Part shown: in pieces, positions 49,269 to 60,360 of the stretch | Numbering within the stretch: the first letter of the stretch is position 1 | How the letters are laid out: every line of letters begins with the position of its first letter | Program-made: the position numbers and the translations under genes | The notes under the pieces: generated by a model | Told to the model about the DNA's origin: nothing | Databases searched by the model: none | The model's input: the letters and a program-made list of their open reading frames with translations, nothing else | NCBI RefSeq assembly: GCF_032444005.1 | Contig: NC_091283.1 | Coordinates: 498,852,001-498,916,000, forward strand | Reading direction: 5' to 3' | Length of the DNA stretch: 64,000 nt | DNA from: Ranitomeya imitator | Lineage: Eukaryota

Positions 49269-50825
49269 TAAACCACTACCTTTTCACTCATTATACCGGA
49301 GTATACGTCTCAGTTGATCTAGCAGCACGGAAACCATCCACAAATATTTCATTTAAAGAAAATCTTTGGTAAGATTTGTATAAGGTTATGTTCACACGTT
49401 GCTTTTTTGCTGTTTTTTTCGACAGATATAACCTGATCTCTTGACAGTAAACGATCTGCAGACAAAAATCAGGTTTTGCTGGCTTTTTTTATGCTTTTGT
49501 TGCTGCGTCATTTAGGATCACAAAGTTCAGCTTTACTTCCATCGTACAAGCATGAACAATGAAAGGGGTTAGGTCACCAATGCAAGACTTATGTGACCCT
49601 ATAAAACATTTTTGGAAAAAAGGACAAAAGTTCATAAGTTCATGAAAAAATAAGCAATTGCAAATGTAAAAACAGTGGGGGGAGTTGAATTGGTGGGGAA
49701 TAGTTTACCTGGATTTGGGGTTATGAACCGGTGGAGCTGAATGCCTTGGTAAAATTACTAAGATTTATTACTGTCCATAGTAATGACAGGGTGAGTGATC
49801 CTATTCATAAAGTTCCGGTTTCTATCAGATTTGTAAATATTATATTTAGATTTTTCTTAGAAAGAATTGATTTTAGGAAACAAAGGTGACAGATATTACA
49901 GTCCTCACTGCGACTGTCATCCAGCAATATGTACATAGTGGAGGTGTTACATAGCTAGCCATTCAGGAGCTTTGTTGGAGCTGTGATGGCATCCATATTG
50001 GTCGTTATCGTTACTCATCATTTCAACTACAGCTAGGGTATATTCCTAAGATTTACTGATTATTTATGGGAAAAATGTATGCGTGTGTCACACAATGGTG
50101 CCAATCGGTACAAGCACAAAGACTTCAGTCCAAGATCATTGGGTTTGATAGAAAAACAAAACATTATAATGCATTACACTTGTCAAACATATGGAGATCC
50201 TGCATCCCATAAACAGTTTTTTTTAGGGTTTTGCAACCTGTAAATCAAGTTGTTTCTCCTGGAACTGTTTTTGATTTGCTATTTGGTACTGTGGACACAG
50301 GTACTAGTCTTTCTACACAGGCCGTTTTTACCCACCATTCTGTTTTTCAAAATGTTTTCTTCCTTTGTAGTCATCAGATGAACATCCTCCATACAGGCCT
50401 GAAAAGGACACAGAGGGCACAAATTAGAATTGGTTCCTTTCATGTATTAAATTAGATTTTCTGTCAATTGGACAACACTTCTAATTCACGCTATGATAAA
50501 ATTTGTTTGCCATGCATTGCGGAACCATTGCATCTAACCATAGCCCATGTCCAATGCACTGAGTTATCCTTTTATCATATAGGAAGCAATAAAACACAAT
50601 TCATTGGCTGTGAGTTATGGCAGGATGGCATGGAAAATGAATTTGAAAGGTTGACCAGTATTAATATAATCCCTTTTCCTCTGATGGAACCTCCCAGAGT
50701 TTGTGCATGGAATGATACAAAGAATTACAGCACCATCCAGGCTTGGATAGACTATGGTGGCCACAATATTGGTAATGTTTACTCATGGGTGCAAGAAAAT
50801 AGCCACTTGTCACATGGGGAACTTC

Positions 50826-52107
50826 TTGCTTTCTCCTGGGTCACTTCCTATCTTTCTGACCGCTCCTTTAGTGTTTTGTTTGCTGTCTCCACTTCATCTC
50901 CTCTTCATCTAACTGTCGGGGTACCTCATGGCTCAGTCCTTGGCCCCCTTCTCTCTCTCTACATGGCCCCAATTGGACAGACCATCAGCAGATTTGGCTT
51001 TCAGTACCATCTTTATGCTGATGACACACAACTATATACGTCATCCCCTGACCTTACCCCCGCTGTACTACAGAACACCAGTGACTGTCTGTCCGCAGTA
51101 TCCGACATCATGTCCGCCCTCTATCGGAAACTCAACCTTTCTGAAACTGAACTTCTTCTGCTCCCGCCGTTTACCAACCTCCCTAAACCTGACATTTCTT
51201 TCTCCTTGGATGGCACCATAATAACATCCCTGCAGCAGGCTCGATGTCTGGGTGTTATGTTTGACTCCGATCTCTCCTTCACCTCCCATATACAATCTCT
51301 TGCCCGCTCGTGCCGCCTACACCTAAAGAACATCTCTAGGATCTGCCCTTTTCTCACAATGGAAACAGCAAAAAACCTCACTGTCGCCCTGATCCACTCC
51401 CGCCTGGACTACTGTTACGCTCTACTAATTGGCCTCCCCATCACTCGACTTTACCCTCTCCAGTCTATCCTTAATGCAACAGCCAGGGTCATCCATCTAG
51501 CTAATCGTTACTCGGATGCATCCGCTCTTCACCAGTCGTTACCCTGGCTGCCCATTCATTATAGGATCCAATTCAAAGTACTTGTGCTCACCCACAAAGC
51601 TCTCCACAGTGCGGCGGACCCTTACATCTCCTCCCTCATTTCAGTCTATCGGCCTAACCGACCGCTGCGCTCTGCAAACGACTTTCGGCTAACCTCTGCA
51701 CAAATCCAAACCTCCCACTCCCAACTCCAAGACTTGTCCCGTGCTGCGCCAATCCTCTGGAATGCTCTACCCCAATATATTAGGACTGCAACAACTTGCA
51801 TAGTTTTAGGCGCTCCCTCAAAACACATTTTAAGTCATTTTATGTGTAAGTGTGTGTGGGTAGCCCATTCACTAGCTCCACCTATCCCCCACTCCCTCAA
51901 GATTGCTAGACCATCATTGTAAATACACACCTGTACTTTGTATCTCCCCCACCTCATTGCAAGCTCTCATGAGCAGGGTCTTTTTATTTTGCTTTAATTA
52001 TTGTATTGTTAACATTGTTACTTATGACTGTTGTGTTTGAAGCTGTTAAACTGTAAAGCGCTGCGGAATATGTTGGCGCTATATAAATAAAGATTATTAT
52101 TATTATT
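50826..52107 (+). mobile_element. 5'-truncated L2-clade LINE (RT C-terminal half, 3' UTR, (ATT)n tail)
   Basis: [41 protein letters not shown]. Tail TGTAAAGCGCTGCGGAATATGTTGGCGCTATATAAATAAAGATTATTATT. Confidence 0.92.
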
Positions 52108-52261
52108 GTCAATTTGTTTGTTGGCTTAGTTATTGGTAATTGCTGGGTCCTAGGTTAAAGTGTGCGAAGGGTGGCAAGCACACAGATAACTGTTGGAAAT
52201 TCTATATGTGGGATTCAGGCTTTAGAAAGTGAAACTTTGCGTCCTTAAAAAAATTGTACTG

Positions 52262-52520
52262 TCTACTAGAGCCCAGGAGCAACTGCTACCTCTGTACCCT
52301 CCTATAGCTGCACCAGGATCTGGGAGCAACTACTACTGAGATTACCCTCCTATAGCTTCACCAGGGTCTTGTGACTACTACTACCTCTGTACCCACCTAT
52401 AGCTGCACCAGGGTCCAGGAAATAAATACTGCTACCGACTGTACCTTCCTATAGCTTCATCAGTGTCTTGATTCAACTTCTGCCTCTGTATCCTTCTATA
52501 ATGACACCAGGGTCCCATGT
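52262..52520. repeat. Degenerate ~57-bp tandem repeat
   Basis: About 5 copies of CTACTACCTCTGTACCCTCCTATAGCTGCACCAGGGTCC-like units. Confidence 0.65.
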
Positions 52521-53349
52521 AACTGTTACCAAAGAATACGAGGACCAGAGTCAGAACACGCTGCAACACATTTTGCGACTTTAGTGACATATGATAAATA
52601 TTGGACTACAGTTTAAAGTGGAGATCGTTACAATGAATGATAAAAGGATCTTGCACATCACTATCTCCCATAACAAAAATGTAAAATTTTAATAAAATTT
52701 TGAACCAAAATGTGAGCTTAGGCATGGATGTTTTCTGCTGTATGCACGAGTTCTCACACCTCCTCCCCTATATGTGGTATGCTGGGAGGAGGACCTGGCT
52801 GACCTGCAGAAACCTGTTTAATGTGGGAGTTATTTGCACCATGAGTCAGAGGCTTGGGAGCCAAAAGGGAGAGTAAAGTAGTAGGTATTAACTCTTTCCA
52901 AAAGTGTTTCTGTATCTTACAAGACTATGTAGACAATATGGCTCTGCGTATGCTGTAAACTGCTCATTTCATTGAGGTCACATAGAGCGAGTTCTAGAGA
53001 TGCAGTGATATCGGTTACATATGGACCTCGGTATCTTTAGGGGGCTCAATGACCAAGTTATGCATAGAAGCCACCAGTATTATAAATGTGACATAGTAGG
53101 TGGAGGATCCATCACAGATTTTGCCTTGAGGTCCAAGTTAAGCATCAGAGATCACATCTTCATGTAGTTTAAATGCGGTGAATATGACTGGTGGCATTGG
53201 GCTGATTTCACACATCCATATTTCATGGCCCAAACACAGACTGTGATATATGGACCAGACATGGGTCTTCTGACCTAAAATTGACAGCCTCATAGGCATA
53301 GATTAAGCTGTTGAATTTGGGTCAGGAGACCAATGGCCTGTCCAAACAT

Positions 53350-53480
53350 TGTGTTGTGCTTTAATTATTGTATTGTTAACGTTGTTACTTATGACTTGCG
53401 TTTGAAACTGTTAAACTGTAAAGCGCTGTGGAATATGTTGGCACTACATAAATAAAGATTATTATTATTATTATTATTAT
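53350..53480 (+). mobile_element. Isolated L2 3' tail
   Basis: Near-identical to 51990-52107, including the (ATT)n tail. Confidence 0.8.
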
Positions 53481-53818
53481 GTTCTGTACTTGGACCACGA
53501 AACATGGATGTGTGAGGCCAGCCTGTCTCGGATGCCCAAGAGGTATAAATGCTCTCACAATACATTCATGACAAAGTCTTGTCATAGCTGCTCAGAAGCA
53601 GTGCTACCATATTGTACTGACGTCAAAGCTTTGGAAATAATCAGGGCAATATATTCTTGAAGACTGTAGTTGTATGGGCTTTCTCCAAAAAACTGAAGGT
53701 TCTGAGTGGGCATGACACAAGGTGTTCTTAAGTCCCCATATCATGCTCATCTCCATTCAGCTTAATGACTGGAATATAACAGCGTATCATTCCTTTCTGT
53801 TTACCCAAGTGATAAATA

Positions 53819-55376
53819 CACTGCTCAAAAACATAAAGGGAACACTAAAATCCCACTTCCTAGATATCACTGAATTAAATATTCCAGTTGCAAATCTTTA
53901 TTCAGTATATAGTGGAATGTGTTGAGAAGAATAAAACATAAAAATGATCAATGTAAATCAAAATGAATATCCCATGGAGGTCTGAATTAGGAATGATACT
54001 CAAAATCAAGTGGAAAATCAAATTGCAGGCTGATCCAACTTCAGTGGAAATGCCTCAAGACAAGGAAATGATGCTCAGAAGTGTGTGTGACCACCAAGTG
54101 CCTGTATGACCTCCCTACATTGCCTGGGCATGCTCCTGATGAGGCAGCGGATAGTCTCCTGAGGGATCTCCTCCTAGACCTGGACTAAAGCATCCGCCAA
54201 CTCCTGGACAGTCTGTGGTGCAACGTGACGTTGGTGGATGGTGCAAGACATGATGTCCTAGATGTTTTTAATCGGATTCAGGTCTGGGGAACGGGTGGGC
54301 CAATCCGTAGCTTTAATGCCTTCATCTTGCAGGAACTGCTGACACACTCCAGCCACATGAGGTATGGCATTGTCCTGCATCAGGAGGAACCCAGGGCCAA
54401 CCGCACCAGCATATGGTCTCACAGGGGGTCTAAGCATCTCATCTCGGTACCTAATGGCAGTTAGGCTATCTCTGGCGAGCACATGGAGGGCTGTGTAGTC
54501 CTCCAAAGAAATGCCACCACACACAATTACTGACCCACTGCCAAACCGGTCATGCTGAAGGATGTTGCAGGCAGCAGATCGCGCTCCATGGCGTCTCCAG
54601 ACTCTGTCACATGTGCTCAGTGTGCACCTGTTTTCATCTGTGAAGAGCACAGGGCGCCAGTGGCGAATTTGCCAATCCTGGTGTTCTGTGGCAAATGTCA
54701 AGCGTCCTGCACGTTGTTGGACTGTGAGCACAACCCCCATCTGTGGATGTCGGGCACTCAGACCATCCTCATGGAGTTGGTTTCTCACCGTTTGTGCAGA
54801 CACATACACATTTGTGGCCTGCTGGAGGTCATTTTGCAGGGCTCTGGCAGGGCTCCTCCTTTTCCTCCTTGCACAAAGGCTGAGGTAGCGGTCTTGCTGC
54901 TGGGTTGTTGCCCTCCACGTCTCCTGGTGTACTAACCTGTCTCCTGGTAGCACCTCCAGCCTCTGGACACTATGCTGACAGACACAACAAACCTTCTTGC
55001 CACAGCTCACATTGATGTGCCATCCTGGATGAGCTGTACTACCTGAACCACTTGTGTGGGTTGTAGACTCCGTCTCATGCTACCACGAATGGGAAAGCAC
55101 AACCAACATTCAAAAGTGACTAAAACATCAGCCAGAAAGCATTGGTACTGAGATGTGGTCTGTGGTCCCCACCTGCAGAACCACTCCTTTATAGGGGGTG
55201 TCTTGATAATTGCCAATAATTTCCATCTGTTGTCTATTCCATTTGCACAACAGCATGTGAAATTGATTGTCAAACAGTGTTGCTTCCTAAATGGACAGTT
55301 TGATTTCACAGAAGTTTGATTTACTTGGAGTTATATTCTGTTGTTTGTGTTCCCTTTATTTTTTTTTTGAGCAGTG
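53819..55376 (-). mobile_element. Full-length (1558 bp) Tc1 element with decayed transposase
   Basis: TIRs CACTGCTCAAAAA-ATAAAGGGAACAC / GTGTTCCCTTTATT...TTGAGCAGTG, TA TSD. Minus-strand [22 protein letters not shown] and [14 protein letters not shown] (catalytic E changed to K), with frameshifts. Confidence 0.93.
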
Positions 55377-56422
55377 TATATTCTGACTGTTTCCATCATC
55401 GTCATATCAAATATATAGTAATGCAAAAAATGGGAGAAATCAGTGGTCGATTTTGTATGTTTTTAATGATGGAAATGTTCATGCAACATCAAAGTGGTTT
55501 AGTATTGTAATGAATGCTATGTCCTTTTGATAACATGTAGCTTCATACAAGTTAGCATATCATATAAAGTGTGAGTGGGTGACGGTGGTAAAGTCCATTA
55601 ATTATTGCCAGTTAAGTGGTGAGGCGCAAACATTTTTTTCCATCAGTCAAATTTTTATAGAAAATGTTTTCTCGTTCTGAAAGAGATCTTTAATTTTTAT
55701 AGCTGTTGCTTTTAATAATCGTTTTTCACGCCTGTGAGAACTACTGATCGACTGACATGTAGTCCTCTGTCTCTCTTTAGGAAGAAGCTCTTCAGCAGCC
55801 ATGGTGTGTATTATAAAGTACTCCTCACTCCAGCTGCTACAGAACATCATTGTACAAACTTCTGCTGCTGGAGAACACCATTATACATCTCAGATGCTGC
55901 AGAACACTATAATAAATCCTGTAGCTGATGCAGATCTTCTTTATTGAAAATAATGAGGGATTATTCCTATCAATCATTTTCGGGCAGGAAATACACTGCT
56001 ATCTCTGACAGTAATAATGGATTTCTGTCAGACTATACATTGGTAAAATATAGGGAATAGCATATTTGTACAGTGGATTATGTGTTGTACACGGCAGTTG
56101 TTCGTGCTTGGTATAAACATGTCATGTTTTTGTGTAGCTAGCACTATGTAAGTGGAATTTGCCCCGGGGATCAGGGTGTGTTAGGATGTATTTGGCTGAC
56201 AGATTGCTGCATGCCTGGGCTGGGCCCCCAGGGATGGGCGCAGAAGGAATGCAAGAGCTCAGCATATTTTCTCAAGGTGCTGAGAACACCTCAAGCTCCA
56301 GCCGAACCTGTGAGAATCTCAAACATGGGCTACAGAGATGATACTAGTAAGGATCCTACAGTGCGTGCTACTACTATATACATAATGGCGCAATTCATAG
56401 CAGAGGCAACTGCTGCATTATA

Positions 56423-57615
56423 CACCGTGTTCCAAATTATTATGCAAATTGGATTTAAGTGTCATAAAGATTTAATTGTTTTGTTTTTCAAATAAACTCA
56501 TGGATGGTATTGTGTCTCAGGGCTCAATGGATCACTGAAATCAATCTTAAACACATGTGGTAATTATTTTTCCAGGTGATTCTAATTAAAGGAAAACTAC
56601 TTAAAAATGATGTTCCAAATTATTAAGCACGCCACAGTTTTTAAGTAACATGGGAAAGACAAAGGATCTCTCTGCTGCCGAAAAGCATCAAATAGTGCAA
56701 TGCCTTGGTCAAGGGATGAAAACATTAGATATTTCCCGAAATATAATATGCTGAATCTAAGCACAGACGTGTTCGTGCTGATAAAGGCATAATGAGGAAG
56801 GTTTCTGCCAGGCAAGTTCATCGGATTAAGAGAGCAGCTGCTAAAAAGCCATTACAAGGGCCCTTTAATGTTCCTGAAGGTGTGAAAATGACCTCTGCAA
56901 AGTATATAGAGTTTCTGACAATTTTCTTCCATGGTATAAAAGGCAGAATCGTGCCCTCAAAATCATCTTCATGCATGACAATGCACCATCTCATGCTGCA
57001 AAGAATACCTCTGAGTCATTAGCTGCTATGGGCATTAAAGGAGATAAACTCATGGTGTGGCCACCATCTTCCCCTGACCTCAACCCTATAGAGAACCTTA
57101 GGAGTATCATCAAGCAAAAGAGGGTGGGAGGCAGTTGACATCAAAACAGCAGCTCTGGGAGGCTATTCTGACTTCATGCAAAGAAATACAACCAGAACTC
57201 TCCAAAAACTCACAGGTTCTATGGATGCAAGAATTGTGAAGGTGATATCAAAGAAGGGTTCCTATGTTAGCATGTAACTTGGCCTGCTTGGATGTTTTGG
57301 AGTTAAATAGCTTTCTTGTTCAGTGAATGTGACCTCCTAATGCTGCAAATTCCACAAATGAGCATTTTCAGTTCTTTAAAACATATCAAATGTTCAGAAA
57401 TTCTACTGTGCCTAATAATTTGGAACAGTGCATTTTGAGTTTTTATTCATTTTATTCATTTTGGAGATTATACTGTTATCGTTGGGAGGTTTCTTCAATA
57501 AAATTTGATGTATACTCTAACGGGTGATGATTTTTATTAGATGACTGTCATTTGCACCGACCAATTAGGAAAATCTGAAAAAAATATTATTTGCATAATA
57601 ATTTGGAACATGGTG
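56423..57615 (+). mobile_element. Internally deleted Tc1 element (1193 bp)
   Basis: TIRs CACCGTGTTCCAAATTATTATGCAAA / TTTGCATAATAATTTGGAACATGGTG, TA TSD. Remnant MHDNAPSH...WPPSSPDLNPIENL. Confidence 0.88.
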
Positions 57616-57699
57616 TAAAGCTTTGCCCTGCATTTTCATAGTCATGGTAACGATTACATGATCCCTTACAGCCATGGCCGCCTTCCATTCCATATCATT

Positions 57700-59000
57700 A
57701 TTACACACAACTATCTTAGAAAAGCAACGAATACTCACTGCTCTCTGCACGCAAAGTATTGCGGCAGCTGTGCTCTGCTTGTGAGCAGCGCATGACATCA
57801 CTGCCATAAGCTGCTTACAAGCATTAAGCAGCTGCTGACATCGGAGCAGGATGCTGCGAGGGAGCACCGGGAAGGTAAGTGTAATTGTTTTTCTTTTAAT
57901 GTTTTCAGATGGGGCCATGCATACCAGGATGGGGGTGAGGGCCAGTTATAAGGATGGGGCCATGCATACCAGAATGTGGGTGGGGGCCAATGATGCCAGA
58001 ATAGGGATGGGGCCATGCATGCTAGGACGAGATGGGGTCCCTGCATACCAGGATAGGGATGGGGCCATGCGTACTATGATGAGATGGGGCCCTTCTTACC
58101 GGGATAGGAATGGGGCCATGCATACTAGGAGGAGATGGGGGCTCTGCATACCAGCATAGGGATGGGGCCATGCATACTAGGAGGAGATGGGGGTCATTCA
58201 TACCAGGTTAGGGATGGGGCCATGCATGATGGGGGCCCTGCATACCAGGATAGGGATGGGGCCATGCATACCAGGAGCAGGATGGGGCCAATCATACCAG
58301 TATAGGGATGGGGCCATACATACTAGGAAGAGATGGGGGCCCTGCATACCAGCATAAGGATGGGGGCCATGCATACTAGGATGAAATGGGTCCCTGCATA
58401 CCAGGATAGGGATGGAGCCATGCATACCAGGAGCGGGATGGGGCCAATCATACCAGTATAGGGATGGGGCCATACATACTAGGAAGAGATTGGGGCCCTG
58501 CATACTAGCATAAGGATGGGGGCCATGCATACTAGGATGAGATGGGGGCCCTGCATACCAGGATAGGGATGGAGCCATGCATACTAAGATGAGATGGGGC
58601 CCTGAATACCAGGATAGGGATGGCACCATGCATATTTGGACAAGATGGGGGCCCTACATACCAGGATAGGGATGTGGCCATGCATACTAGGATAGGGATG
58701 AGGGTGAACATTCCTGCCAAGATAGGGATGAAGGGGCCATGCACACCAGAATAGGGATGATGGGGCAGGCATAGAAGGATAGGAATGAGGGGGCCATGCA
58801 TACCAGGATACGGTGAAGGATCCATACATACCAGGGTAGGGATGAGGAGGCCATGTGTATCGGGATGTGGATAGGAGAACCATATATACCAGGATAGGGG
58901 ATATTAAGTACAGAATTGACCAAACTTTTTGCTTCAATTTTTCCCCTACTTTCTACCTCTAAAATCTAGGTGGGTCTTATGGTCCAGTGCGTCTTATACT
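57700..59000 (+). mobile_element. pogo/Tigger-like non-autonomous element carrying a ~27-bp minisatellite (57907-58900)
   Basis: Array unit GGGATGGGGCCATGCATACCAGGATAG. The right end GTCTTATGGTCCAGTGCGTCTTATA matches the TIR family of 8869-9568. The left end is unclear. Confidence 0.6.
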
Positions 59001-59224
59001 GTAGTATGCAAAATATGGTGTATATCTCACCCACATATGTCTACCTATGTATTGAACAATATTTTGTTAGAAAATAATCTTTAAATGACATAGAGAATTA
59101 CTCTGTGTAAAAATTAATGTTAAAATCGCATTGCATACGGTTTGCATACGCATGTCATACAGATGCTAGGAGAGAAAAATCGCTTTGTACTCGCATGACA
59201 CTCATCTGACTTTTCAGGAACAAT

Positions 59225-60150
59225 ACAAAACACACCTAATGATATCCCTAAACAGGGTCATGAAGGTAAATATATCACTAAAACCGAAAAAAGACCTTCA
59301 CAAAAAGACCAGGTAATAAAAGAAAAACATAATCTTTATTGAAAACAGATATAAAAGTATACAACTACTGGGGCAGTGGCCACTGGTGCAAGAACAGAAA
59401 CACAGTGGGACCCACCTATGGACCAACCTCACAAAGAACAGTATAGTAATCGTAACAGTATAGTAATAATAACAGTAGGCTAGTCATGAACAGTGCATAT
59501 GTACAGGTACATAATAAAGGCTAATTAACAAAGTGTTAATAAATATACATAGAGGTAGACACCTAAGAAATAGCGTCATAAAATGCAAGCCATAAAGATG
59601 GAACAGCCTAACAATGCAGATATACAGTACTGTAAAAATAACGGTATAGTTACCAGGAGGAGGAACCTGGGGACCCACCACACCCGACGCGCGTTTCGCA
59701 ATGAAATGCTTCGTCCAGGGGTCGAAGCATTTCATTGCGAAACGCGCGTCGGGTGTGGTGGGTCCCCAGGTTCCTCCTCCTGGTAACTATACCGTTATTT
59801 TTACAGTACTGTATATCTGCATTGTTAGGCTGTTCCATCTTTATGGCTTGCATTTTAGGACGCTATTTCTTAGGTGTTTACCTCTATGTATATTTATTAA
59901 CACTTTGTTAATTAGCCTTTATTATGTACCTGTACATATGCACTGTTCATGACTAGCCTACTGTTATTATTACTATACTGTTACGATTACTATACTGTTC
60001 TTTGTGAGGTTGGTCCATAGGTGGGTCCCACTGTGTTTCTGTTCTTGCACCAGTGGCCACTGCCCCAGTAGTTGTATACTTTTATATCTGTTTTCAATAA
60101 AGGTTATGTTTTTCTTTTATTACCTGGTCTTTTTGTGAAGGTCTTTTTTC
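59225..60150. mobile_element. Penelope-like/retrozyme-like non-coding insertion forming an 865-bp palindrome
   Basis: Arms 59286-59713 and 59723-60150 (428 bp each, 3 mismatches seen, no indels) with a 9-nt spacer. Hammerhead motif at the centre. TTTTCAGGAACAAT is duplicated at 59211-59224 and 60146-60159. Confidence 0.8.
59682..59722 (-). ncRNA. Minimal type I hammerhead ribozyme motif with a one-base core insertion
   Basis: Minus strand ACCC-CTG[G]ACGA-A-GCA-tttcat-TGC-GAAA-CGCGCG-TC|GGGT. Stem I is ACCC/GGGT, stem II is GCA/TGC, stem III is palindromic CGCGCG. Confidence 0.6.
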
Positions 60151-60265
60151 AGGAACAATGTCGGACCAATTTTTATTAACACTGATGGGCATGAGCCCTA
60201 GTGATTGTACCCCCATCAGATTTTTACTTCTGAAGGGCACAATAAAACCATTGGATTGATGGAAT

Positions 60266-60360
60266 GGAGGCTCAGATGTTAGGACTGTTGCCATACATTA
60301 GTTGGGTGCTGGGTTCAAATCTGACCTTGTACAAAACCTTCAGGTTGTTTGAAGTTCTTC
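60266..60360 (+). mobile_element. Degenerate tRNA-derived SINE head
   Basis: A-box-like GGCTCAGATG and B-box-like GGGTTCAAATC at SINE-like spacing. No cloverleaf. Confidence 0.45.

Noticed and set aside
50468-51922. 484-aa ORF as an intact gene or active LINE
   Set aside because: Only about 50826 onward is L2, and it lacks the endonuclease and the N-terminal RT domains. I recognise no motif in the first ~120 aa. BLASTP/HHpred of that part would settle whether it is a separate decayed ORF.
59484-59952. Pairs of near-identical ORFs on opposite strands
   Set aside because: They are mirror images produced by the palindrome. No RT or GIY-YIG motifs are present.
60266-60360. tRNA gene
   Set aside because: Only degenerate A/B boxes are present, with no acceptor stem or anticodon arm. 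It fits a SINE head better.
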